From IMG/VR virus record IMGVR_UViG_3300044684_000278, positions 72,321 to 136,320 of that record: a stretch of DNA of 64,000 nt; one strand, 5' to 3'. This document shows, one piece after another, positions 25,746 through 34,527 of the stretch. The DNA is from a virus. Position 1 is the first letter of the stretch. Each line of letters opens with the position of its first letter. Position numbers and translations under genes: made by a program. Below the pieces are notes generated by a model. It saw only the letters and a list, made by a program, of their open reading frames with translations, searched no databases and had not been told where the DNA came from.

Positions 25746-27368
25746 ATGTCAACACCAGTATTGAATAATGGTATATTCCTGCGTGACACGAACTATTCTA
25801 CGAGTTCCCACGTAGACTCTTACCACTTATCCAACATGTTGAAATCAGCAGAACCCCAGGATCTCGGACCTGTAGATCTTTGGGCCATGGTACAAAAGGT
25901 AGAAATGCCTTTGTATCAGATGAGTTCATTTGGCGGAAAGAATGTTATTGAAGTCAATAACATGCGTGGAGAGTACAAATGGCAGGTGCCAATTGTGCAG
26001 GATCTACCTTACATCGTTGAAGACATTGAGCCAGCTAACAACCAGAAAGGTGTGGATGGCCAGTCCTTCAAACTCAAAATTAACAAACGTGCCTTTGGTC
26101 ACGGTGACATCATCACCTATGATAAGTACAATGGTGCGGAAATCTACATCACCAATGATGACATCATCCCTTCTGGAGATGGCTTCATCTACACCGTGCA
26201 GTTAGTCAACAATGACAACCTGAAATTCCTGGACAACAAGTATCTCCGTGTTGGTACCAAGGTATTCCGTAAAGGTTCTGCCCGCTCTGGTGAGTATGGA
26301 GAGCGTTTCTCAGACCTGGGTAACGTATCAAGCGGCTTCCGTGAGTTCTACAACTACGTAGGTGGTGCTGAAGCTCACGTACACTATTCAATCAGTACCC
26401 AGGCGGATCTGATGATGAAGGGTGGCATGAACGCTGACGGTACAGTGCCTGTAGTGGAGCTCTGGAGAAACTTTGACAAGGGTATTGATCCTTCCATCAC
26501 TTCCCTGGAGGACATGGCTTCCAAACTGGGTAAAGACTATGTGAAGAAAGCTTACCAGAACGGTAGCCTGTCACGCAGCTTCTTAACTACCCTGGAGGCA
26601 GCTCACTTAACCAAGATCTCTAATGACATCGAGACCTACCTCATGTGGGGTCAGGGTGGCCGCATCAAAACTGACGGTCCGGATGATGTTCGTCTGAGCG
26701 TTGGTTTGTGGAAGCAGCTGGATAACTCTTACAAGCGGATCTTCAACAAGGGTTCTTTCACCCTGGATCTGTTCAAGACTGAGCTGTTCAACTTCTACAA
26801 TGGTAAAGTGGAGTTCAAAGGTCCGGATCCGAAACGCAAGATCGTAGTTCAAACTGGTATGGCCGGTATGAAACTCGTGAACGAGGCTATCAAGAAAGAG
26901 GCTATCAACTCTGGCTTGGTGATCAATGCTTCTGACATCGGTGCCATCACTGGTAAAGGCATGGACCTGAACTTCGGTTATGCATACACTCAATACGTGA
27001 TCCCATTCCTGGCAAACGTACAGTTCGTGCTGAACCCTGCCTTTGACAATGTTCATACCAATGACATTGAGAACCCGATCATAGATGGTTTCCCTCTGAG
27101 CTCTTACAACTTCATCATCTTTGACATCACTGACAACACCCAGGACAACATCTTCCTTCTGAAGAGGAAATGGGACAATCAGTTAAGATGGTGGTATCAG
27201 AACGGTACTATGGACTACATGGGCCGTACAGCAGGATTCCAGTCTAACGGCAACTTCACCGGTTACAAAGTCTTCATGACTCAAACCATGCCAGCCATCT
27301 GGGTGAAGGACCCAACTAAAGTATTGAAGTTAGTAATGAGAAACCCAATCACTGGCGGATCATTCTAA
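25746..27368 (+). CDS. major capsid protein
   Basis: 540 aa with strong codon bias; crAss-like size, position and C-terminus. Confidence 0.85.
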   Translation: MSTPVLNNGIFLRDTNYSTSSHVDSYHLSNMLKSAEPQDLGPVDLWAMVQKVEMPLYQMSSFGGKNVIEVNNMRGEYKWQVPIVQDLPYIVEDIEPANNQKGVDGQSFKLKINKRAFGHGDIITYDKYNGAEIYITNDDIIPSGDGFIYTVQLVNNDNLKFLDNKYLRVGTKVFRKGSARSGEYGERFSDLGNVSSGFREFYNYVGGAEAHVHYSISTQADLMMKGGMNADGTVPVVELWRNFDKGIDPSITSLEDMASKLGKDYVKKAYQNGSLSRSFLTTLEAAHLTKISNDIETYLMWGQGGRIKTDGPDDVRLSVGLWKQLDNSYKRIFNKGSFTLDLFKTELFNFYNGKVEFKGPDPKRKIVVQTGMAGMKLVNEAIKKEAINSGLVINASDIGAITGKGMDLNFGYAYTQYVIPFLANVQFVLNPAFDNVHTNDIENPIIDGFPLSSYNFIIFDITDNTQDNIFLLKRKWDNQLRWWYQNGTMDYMGRTAGFQSNGNFTGYKVFMTQTMPAIWVKDPTKVLKLVMRNPITGGSF

Positions 27369-27379
27369 GATACTAATGC

Positions 27380-27410
27380 AGCGGGGGAGTGAACTAAAGC
27401 TCCCCCTGTC
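27380..27410 (+). terminator. hairpin after the MCP gene
   Basis: GGGGGAG..CTCCCCC stem; no clear T-tract. Confidence 0.4.
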
Positions 27411-27604
27411 CTGCAAATAGTTGATCCAACCCCGTATCACTATTGAATAACCCTAAACCTTACATCCTGTAACAAGCACGTCTTAGAAAAGTTTGCAACT
27501 TTTTACAGGATCCAAAAAGAAAATAAGGCAGGGGCTGCGTATGGACAAGCTGGAGAAGCAGTACAACGCCCCGGACAGCCTTATATCTTAACCAACAACC
27601 AACA

Positions 27605-28621
27605 ATGAGTGTTACTATCGTAGAGAAATACCCTCAGAACAAGAGACGTACTTCAGTAGCTGTACGTCCGTTCTTTGATCCCAGGGTAGAGAATATGGGA
27701 CTTCAGAACTATGGTCTAAGTCTTTTTGACGGGGCCATGCACATTGAGCAGCTGGCCTGCCTGGAGATCAACGGTATCAAAAGATACCTCACCGGCTTAA
27801 ACGAGTTTGCTCCTGAACTCCTGGACCTGGATCCTGAGGAAAGAGAAGCCAAGATCCGCAACATCCGGGAGACCGTATCACACCTGGAAAAGGTGCTTGC
27901 CTCCAACGTGGTAAAGCCAGAAGATGCAGAGTTCTGGAATAAGGTAAGGCTTCTGAAGCCTGACAATGCCGAGTTCTGGGATAAGATAGAGATCAAAGCT
28001 GGTAATGACCCTTTGTTCCTGGATCCTGAAAAAGATCCTTATGATCTGATCAAGCTCTATGCTATTGAAGCTGGTGGTTTCTCAATCGTAGCCAGAAGCC
28101 TGGAACATGCCCGCCAGCAACCCACTCCTCCTAAGTTTTACTTAGACAAGCTGGAAGAAACCGCATCAGCCAACACAGAAGTTAAGAAACTGCGTAACAA
28201 AGCTGCAGCTGAACTCCAGAAGTTATTTGACAAGAATACCAACAAACTGTTCTACGTGGCCAAGGTACTGGATCCTAACAGTGCCCAGTACAAGAAATCC
28301 ACTCCTAATGATATTGTCTATGACAACATGGATAAATACATCAACGGAGAACTGGTTGACAAGGATAAAAAGAAAACAGCTGCACGCTTCCTGGAAGTGG
28401 CCAACCTGGATATGGAATCCTTAAAGATCCGTGCCATTGTGAAGGATGCCAACTTCTACCGGTTCATAGCAACCAAGGCAGATGGATTCATCTACCACAT
28501 GGAGAAACAGCTGATGATGGGCCGCACGCCAACAGACGTAGCAGAGTTCTTAAAGAACCCTCTCAACGAGGAGGCCCTGGTAGACCTTACCAAGAAAGTA
28601 GAAAAGTACTGGAACCAGTAA
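27605..28621 (+). CDS. virion-associated protein downstream of MCP
   Basis: 338 aa; crAss-like synteny. Confidence 0.65.
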   Translation: MSVTIVEKYPQNKRRTSVAVRPFFDPRVENMGLQNYGLSLFDGAMHIEQLACLEINGIKRYLTGLNEFAPELLDLDPEEREAKIRNIRETVSHLEKVLASNVVKPEDAEFWNKVRLLKPDNAEFWDKIEIKAGNDPLFLDPEKDPYDLIKLYAIEAGGFSIVARSLEHARQQPTPPKFYLDKLEETASANTEVKKLRNKAAAELQKLFDKNTNKLFYVAKVLDPNSAQYKKSTPNDIVYDNMDKYINGELVDKDKKKTAARFLEVANLDMESLKIRAIVKDANFYRFIATKADGFIYHMEKQLMMGRTPTDVAEFLKNPLNEEALVDLTKKVEKYWNQ

Positions 28622-28633
28622 GAAGATAACATA

Positions 28634-28676
28634 CCCCGGATGCCTCTGATCCAAGCACACTCTCCGGGGTCTTTTT
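28634..28676 (+). terminator. intrinsic terminator
   Basis: CCCCGGA...TCCGGGG followed by TCTTTTT. Confidence 0.6.
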
Positions 28677-28682
28677 CACCCT

Positions 28683-29384
28683 ATGCACAACAACCTGCTC
28701 AAGCTCAAAATCAAGGAGCGTCTTAATAAGCTATCCAGCCAGGACTATGACAACATAGAAGACTGGCAGATCGCTGAGGCTTTCAACAAAGCCCAGGTGG
28801 AATGGGTACGCAGGCAGCTCCATGGCAACAACCTGTTCAAGGAAGGTGATGAGCAGAGCACCCGCAGGGTGGATGACCTCCAGATCCTGCTGCATCAAAA
28901 GGACCTCACCGGTTTTAACCAGGGAATCTACTTTGAGACAGCCACACTCCCGGAGGACTACCTGCAGTACAAACGGGTAACCATCAAAGGCAGGACTACA
29001 ACCTGTCCGCCCAGGACCTTCAGGGTATACCTGGCAGAAGAGGCGGATGCAGACCAGCTCCTGATTGATGATAACTCCAATCCAAACTTTGAGTGGGGAG
29101 AAACCTTCTGTACCCTCATAGGTAATAAGATCCGGATCTACACCAACGGCCTCTTTGACATCGTAGCTCCCAAGCTGATTTACTACCGTCAGCCAAGACC
29201 TGTACAGTTCAGGGGCAGCATGGATATAGCCACCGGAAGTATTTACGGAGCGGACCAGACCTCTGAGTTCAAGGATGACATCGTGGAGCTCATGATAGAT
29301 GAGACCTGTTCCATCATTGCAGGAGACATAGAGTCCCAGCTGCAGTTCCAGAGAAACTCACAGAACGCTGAACGTAACAACTAA
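28683..29384 (+). CDS. tail ring/head-tail adaptor protein
   Basis: 233 aa; FNKAQ and YYRQP motifs of podophage ring proteins. Confidence 0.6.
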   Translation: MHNNLLKLKIKERLNKLSSQDYDNIEDWQIAEAFNKAQVEWVRRQLHGNNLFKEGDEQSTRRVDDLQILLHQKDLTGFNQGIYFETATLPEDYLQYKRVTIKGRTTTCPPRTFRVYLAEEADADQLLIDDNSNPNFEWGETFCTLIGNKIRIYTNGLFDIVAPKLIYYRQPRPVQFRGSMDIATGSIYGADQTSEFKDDIVELMIDETCSIIAGDIESQLQFQRNSQNAERNN

Positions 29385-29776
29385 TGATTGATAGAAAAAT
29401 ACCCAGATCATCCGGCTATACCAAAGAAGCAGAATTCTTTGGAAGACTGATGCAGATCAGGGACCTGGCTCACCTCACGCACTTAAGACAGTTTCATAAG
29501 AGCGGCTGGGAGCACAAAGCTCTCAATATTCTTTATGATGAAGTGCTGGACATCGTAGATACCATCATAGAATCCTGGCAAGGGATCTATGGACTGGTAG
29601 ACGTGACGGTCCCGGAGAGCAAGCCACAACAGGATTCCATCCAGATGACCCGTGAGATCTACAATTACATCATGACCTCCAGGAGCATCTTCCAGGAATC
29701 CTGGATTCAAAATGAGATAGATAATGTCTGCACCCTGCTGGCTCAGACCCTGTACAGATTACAATACCTGAAATAA
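29384..29776 (+). CDS. ferritin/Dps-like four-helix protein
   Basis: AHLTH...EHKALNILYDEV...IIESWQGIYG...TLYRL. Confidence 0.7.
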   Translation: MIDRKIPRSSGYTKEAEFFGRLMQIRDLAHLTHLRQFHKSGWEHKALNILYDEVLDIVDTIIESWQGIYGLVDVTVPESKPQQDSIQMTREIYNYIMTSRSIFQESWIQNEIDNVCTLLAQTLYRLQYLK

Positions 29777-29809
29777 CCCCTTTTGTTTATTTAACCCATA
29801 TCAAACCCT

Positions 29810-31228
29810 ATGTATTTTCCTAATGCATTTAAGAAAGTCTACATTGCTGCCACTAACGCTGGCAGTATCACTGTAGCCAACACTGGTACAACTGCCAACC
29901 TGACTGCAGGTGTAGTGGGTCTGTTTGATGCTAAAAGCTATGCGGCTATCACAGCTGCTCCTGCTGCTGGCACCAACCAACCATTCATCCTGGCACAAGG
30001 TAGCTACCACAGTGTTGACAAGATCGGACCTTTCCATGGTGGATACCAGGAATCCGTAAAGTCCAAAGTGATCAACCCTAAGTATGTGAGCCGTCTGATC
30101 AAGATCACCTCACATTCTCCACAGAGCCAGATCGTTCAATTGGGCTGGACAGGCACAAACAATGCCTCAGATGTTGGTTTGAGCTTTGCCTGTGGCAAAA
30201 CCTATAACCTGCGTCTGGACCTTAAAGGTTCACCTGCATTGAGGTTCCTGAGCCACAACATTTATCACACCTTTGACTATTACACCGGCTGCTGCAATGG
30301 TGATTGCTCTTCTGGCTGTACCGGTGATCCGGTAGATGCCGCTTCTGTGATGCTCGGCTGGGCTGATCAGATTAACAACAACCCAATCGTCAGCAACTTC
30401 GTCAAAGCTACTGCTGTAGTGAAAACTACTTCAGAGCTGGCAACTGCTGCCAGTGGTAGCACTACCCTGACCCTTGATGCTGCCAACGCAAGTGTAGCAG
30501 TAGGTCAGCTGGTATATGGTGCCGGTATTGCTCCGCTTACCAAGGTGACTGCTGTTGCAGGTACTGCGGTAACCATCAGCAAGGCTACTACAGCTGCTGT
30601 GAATGAAGTGGTGGTATTCGGTACTGCTATTGATGACACTTATGCTCCTGTAAAATATGATGGTACTAACGCTGCTGCTGTAAAAGCTGTGGTAGCAGGT
30701 GTAGTATTGCAGGTAGCTTACGTGGACACCAAGTTCGGTAACTGTACTTTCACAGTGACTGACAAGTATGACCTGGAGCCCCTGTTCATCTATCTTTCTG
30801 TAACTGATGAGAGCAATGACCCATGTGCCGTATATCCACATGCCAACACTGCCACTGCACAGAACGTAGCTGAACTGCAAGCCCCTAAACAGGCCCAGGG
30901 TGTTGGTGAAAGCGTACTGAGAGACGTGATCCTGGACAAACGCTACCGTCAGGAGCCGTTCCATGATTCAAACTTTGTGGATGCTATCCGCATGAGAGAG
31001 ATTGAGGATGACTACTCATTGAGCATCGTTGACCGCAGTGCTCTTTATGACAGAGTATACGTGCTCCATAACGTACCACGTCTGATGAACCCAACATCAA
31101 CCTTTGACAACGACCAGTACTTACTGGAGATTGTGGTGCCAACTGGTACTGATACCACTCCGTTAACGAACCTGATCCAGGGTATGTTGACTTCAGCTGG
31201 TAACAGCATCGCACTGGAGACTTACTAA
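29810..31228 (+). CDS. abundant structural protein (auxiliary capsid/decoration)
   Basis: 472 aa Ala/Thr/Val-rich with MCP-like codon bias, followed by a terminator. Confidence 0.6.
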   Translation: MYFPNAFKKVYIAATNAGSITVANTGTTANLTAGVVGLFDAKSYAAITAAPAAGTNQPFILAQGSYHSVDKIGPFHGGYQESVKSKVINPKYVSRLIKITSHSPQSQIVQLGWTGTNNASDVGLSFACGKTYNLRLDLKGSPALRFLSHNIYHTFDYYTGCCNGDCSSGCTGDPVDAASVMLGWADQINNNPIVSNFVKATAVVKTTSELATAASGSTTLTLDAANASVAVGQLVYGAGIAPLTKVTAVAGTAVTISKATTAAVNEVVVFGTAIDDTYAPVKYDGTNAAAVKAVVAGVVLQVAYVDTKFGNCTFTVTDKYDLEPLFIYLSVTDESNDPCAVYPHANTATAQNVAELQAPKQAQGVGESVLRDVILDKRYRQEPFHDSNFVDAIRMREIEDDYSLSIVDRSALYDRVYVLHNVPRLMNPTSTFDNDQYLLEIVVPTGTDTTPLTNLIQGMLTSAGNSIALETY

Positions 31229-31249
31229 TCCTTTATAGCACTCCTTAGA

Positions 31250-31288
31250 AGAAGGGTGTCCGCCAGGCGGATGCCCTTTCTTTTTTTG
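31250..31288 (+). terminator. intrinsic terminator
   Basis: AAGGGTGTCCGC/GCGGATGCCCTT followed by a T-tract. Confidence 0.75.
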
Positions 31289-31346
31289 ATAAAGTCATTT
31301 GAAAATAGTATATTATTAATAGGAACCTTCCCTACTTTCTGCCCAA

Positions 31347-31892
31347 ATGAAACACCAGCTATCACTTGAGATTCCTGATACCAACAATACCCAGATCTTC
31401 CGGCTATTTGATACCAGCACTTATGCTACGGATCTGAAAACAACCTGTGGGATGATTCAGATCACTGCTCCAGGATTTACTGTTCCTGTACAGATAGAAA
31501 CATTGCCTTATTTCAACCTGGTTCTTAATGCCTGTACGCTTGGGATATATCAGGGCGGTTGTTCTGAATATATGCCAGATCTTCCTGACGGAATCTATAA
31601 AGTAGCTTATTCGGTTTCTCCTAATGACCAGGTGTTTGTGGAATACCAGTACCTCCGTATCACCCATCTTCTGAATGAATATTTTGAGCAGCTCTGTAAA
31701 CTGGAGATAGCCGGATGTGAGCCTACCGCTGAAGTAAAGGCCAAGCTCCGGGAACTACGGTTTATCCGCTCCCTTCTGGATGCTGCCAAGGTAAAAGTAG
31801 AGTACTGCAATGCCCCCACACAGGGCATAGAGATGTTCCAATATGCCCAGAAACGTCTTCATAAATTTTCTGGTGGCTGTAAAACCTGTTAA
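31347..31892 (+). CDS. virion structural protein (tail region)
   Basis: 181 aa with LPDGIY motif and Cys-rich C-terminus. Confidence 0.55.
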   Translation: MKHQLSLEIPDTNNTQIFRLFDTSTYATDLKTTCGMIQITAPGFTVPVQIETLPYFNLVLNACTLGIYQGGCSEYMPDLPDGIYKVAYSVSPNDQVFVEYQYLRITHLLNEYFEQLCKLEIAGCEPTAEVKAKLRELRFIRSLLDAAKVKVEYCNAPTQGIEMFQYAQKRLHKFSGGCKTC

Positions 31893-31909
31893 ATCAATTC
31901 AATAATCAT

Positions 31910-32089
31910 ATGTCAACACAACCAACTTGTCCCAATTGTGGCCGCGTAATCACCTGCGGCTGCCAACGCAGAGTAGCTACCAATGGAGCTTCTGTTTGTA
32001 CAGCGTGCATCCAGACCTATGATCACCAGCTGGCCCAGAAAGCACAGGCTACCATCAATAGCAACAACACTACCACTACAGCCAAATGA
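31910..32089 (+). CDS. small Cys-rich protein
   Basis: Manual 59-aa ORF MSTQPTCPNCGRVITCGCQRR...CTAC; stop overlaps next ATG. Confidence 0.6.
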   Translation: MSTQPTCPNCGRVITCGCQRRVATNGASVCTACIQTYDHQLAQKAQATINSNNTTTTAK

Positions 32090-32709
32090 GAGATCTGATC
32101 CCCAAAAAATATGAGTACTATAAAGCCTTTGCAGACGTGGTGCAGAAGAAATTCATGCAGAAGCGTTTTGGTGTAAAGTCTTGCTCTGTAGAAGGGGATA
32201 TAGAGATGGCCTGGATACGCAAGCAGATTGTTGACTGGCAGCAAAACCATGATGGAGGAGCTCTCAGTGACGTTTCCATTAATTACTCCACCAGTCTGGA
32301 TGTAGTCTTTGATCCGGATACCACATATCCTGGAGTATTGTTTGACTCCCTATCAGGGGGATCCGGGACCATCCAGGAAAATTCATGTTCTATGCCTCCA
32401 AGGAGTTTTCAGATAAACTACCCGCATGGCCTCACAAAAGACAATATCATTGAAGTAAATACAGATGGTTGTATCACCAAGATCAACCTGAATCCGGCTG
32501 TTAATATTGACGGTGGGGGAACATTCACCTTTACCCAGAGTACACCAAGCACGATCTGGATCATCCAGCATAATCTTGGGTTTATTCCAAACGTATTCAC
32601 CAGGAACCTTTCGGGGGGTGTGATACGCGGGATGATCGTTCCTGTGGATACCAATAACCTGGAAATCCACTTTTCATCTGCTGTAGCAGGAACAGCTAAC
32701 CTATCCTAA
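32086..32709 (+). CDS. tail-associated protein
   Basis: C-terminal WIIQHNLGFIPNV module common in fibre/baseplate proteins. Confidence 0.55.
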   Translation: MRDLIPKKYEYYKAFADVVQKKFMQKRFGVKSCSVEGDIEMAWIRKQIVDWQQNHDGGALSDVSINYSTSLDVVFDPDTTYPGVLFDSLSGGSGTIQENSCSMPPRSFQINYPHGLTKDNIIEVNTDGCITKINLNPAVNIDGGGTFTFTQSTPSTIWIIQHNLGFIPNVFTRNLSGGVIRGMIVPVDTNNLEIHFSSAVAGTANLS

Positions 32710-32712
32710 TCC

Positions 32713-34524
32713 ATGAACCAGTTAGAACAGTATTATTTTGACATTGATCTGGTCAAAAACAGGATCCTTAATGCCAGGATGCATCCGTTGTCCACAGTGG
32801 ATAGAACTACCCTTGGGAGTACGCTGACTGTAAATGATGCAGGGCTTATTGTCTATGACTTAGATATTCAGAATCTTTACCTTTGGACAGGTGCTGCCTG
32901 GAAAACAGATACAGCCCTTTCTGATATTCAGACCCTGCTTGATAGTAAAGTAGATAAGGTTACCGGAAAGCAGTTAAGTACCAATGATTTTACAGATGCT
33001 TACAAGGCCGCTCTGGATGTATTGAATACCACGATCAGTAACGCTATTGCCAATAAGGTAGACAAGGTAGCTGGTATGGGTCTAAGCTCTAATGACTATA
33101 CCACTGCTGAAAAAAACAAGCTGGCTGGCATCCAGGATGGAGCTAAGATCAATGTACAGCCGGACTGGAATGAGGTGGATACCACCAAGGATGATTTTAT
33201 AAAAAACAAGCCATCCATTCCTGCAAAGACAAGTGATCTGACCAATGACAGTGGTTATATTACCCTGGCGGATCTTCCGGCCTCAGGCGGTCTTGAACAA
33301 TACAGTAGCATTTCAAACTTCCCGGCCACAGGAATCACAACTAAAATATACCTGGATACATCTACCAGGGAAGCTTACTTCTGGACTGGTAGTGTCTATA
33401 AGATCATTGGAAGCTTTACCAGTGATTTTACGGTCAGTCTTTCCGGAGGAAAAAACTATTTGAAGTGGACATCCGGATCCCAGGTTCCTGCAACAGATAA
33501 ATCAGCCAGGATGCTACTGCTTGAAGGTGCTGTAGAAGCCATTGCTCCTACAGTTTCTCTAACAAGTCCTACTACGATAAAGTTCAACCAGACCAATATC
33601 AGTAATGTACTGAACTTTTCTTTTACCATAAACTCCTTAGGAGCTTCGGTTTCTACAGCTGTATTGCAATGGAGAAGAAATAACACAGGAGCCTGGACCA
33701 CGTTAAGCACCAGCACTGCTCTTACTACCTTCACCCATACACTGACAGATACCAACTTTAATACCCAGCCCTTTAACTACCAGTATATTGTTACAGATTC
33801 TGCAGGGGGCACCAATACAGCAACAATAAACATTATTCCTGGTGCTTATGCGGCTCCCACTATTTCTATTTCCCAGACAGCCGGGGCTCTTAATGGTCCG
33901 CAGACCAATGCTTCCAGAGAAATAGGTAATGTGAGTACGAACATCACTGGCACGATTACCCAAAACAGTCCAAATGTAGCACTCATATCCTATCAATTAC
34001 AGTACTCTGTAAACGGAGGCACCTGGACCAATCTTAATGCCGCTGTTAGTGTCTCCGGATCATCAGTAACCATATCGTCTATCAATCACAATGATAGCTC
34101 CTTGAAAAGCAGTACTTCTATTGCTTACCGTTTCCAGGTGACTGATGCCTATACAACATCAACTTCAGGAACCACCAGTATCAGTTTTCAGTATTTATAC
34201 CTCTATGGTTATAATGCCACTAATGGCGTGCTATCGGACACACAGACCTATGCCCTGGGCAATGGGATCCTTCTGTCCTCAAGAACCCGTACACTTACAG
34301 GGGTAACAGCTGGTACAGGCTTATATACCTTCATTGCTTATCTGGCTTCATTTGGCAATATAACAGGTATCATCCAGGATGGAGCTACACCCGTACTTGG
34401 TGCTTTTACAGAAGTGGGGATGTCCATTACTGTAACCAATCAGTACGGGGTTACCGGGTCTTATAACCTTTATAAGTCCAATGCCACAAACGCATTTACT
34501 AATAATACTTTAGCTATTTCCTAA
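32713..34524 (+). CDS. tail fibre/appendage protein
   Basis: KVDKVTGKQLSTNDFT repeats, QPDWNE, SDLTNDSGY; Thr/Ser-rich Ig-like domains. Confidence 0.7.
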   Translation: MNQLEQYYFDIDLVKNRILNARMHPLSTVDRTTLGSTLTVNDAGLIVYDLDIQNLYLWTGAAWKTDTALSDIQTLLDSKVDKVTGKQLSTNDFTDAYKAALDVLNTTISNAIANKVDKVAGMGLSSNDYTTAEKNKLAGIQDGAKINVQPDWNEVDTTKDDFIKNKPSIPAKTSDLTNDSGYITLADLPASGGLEQYSSISNFPATGITTKIYLDTSTREAYFWTGSVYKIIGSFTSDFTVSLSGGKNYLKWTSGSQVPATDKSARMLLLEGAVEAIAPTVSLTSPTTIKFNQTNISNVLNFSFTINSLGASVSTAVLQWRRNNTGAWTTLSTSTALTTFTHTLTDTNFNTQPFNYQYIVTDSAGGTNTATINIIPGAYAAPTISISQTAGALNGPQTNASREIGNVSTNITGTITQNSPNVALISYQLQYSVNGGTWTNLNAAVSVSGSSVTISSINHNDSSLKSSTSIAYRFQVTDAYTTSTSGTTSISFQYLYLYGYNATNGVLSDTQTYALGNGILLSSRTRTLTGVTAGTGLYTFIAYLASFGNITGIIQDGATPVLGAFTEVGMSITVTNQYGVTGSYNLYKSNATNAFTNNTLAIS

Positions 34525-34527
34525 ACT

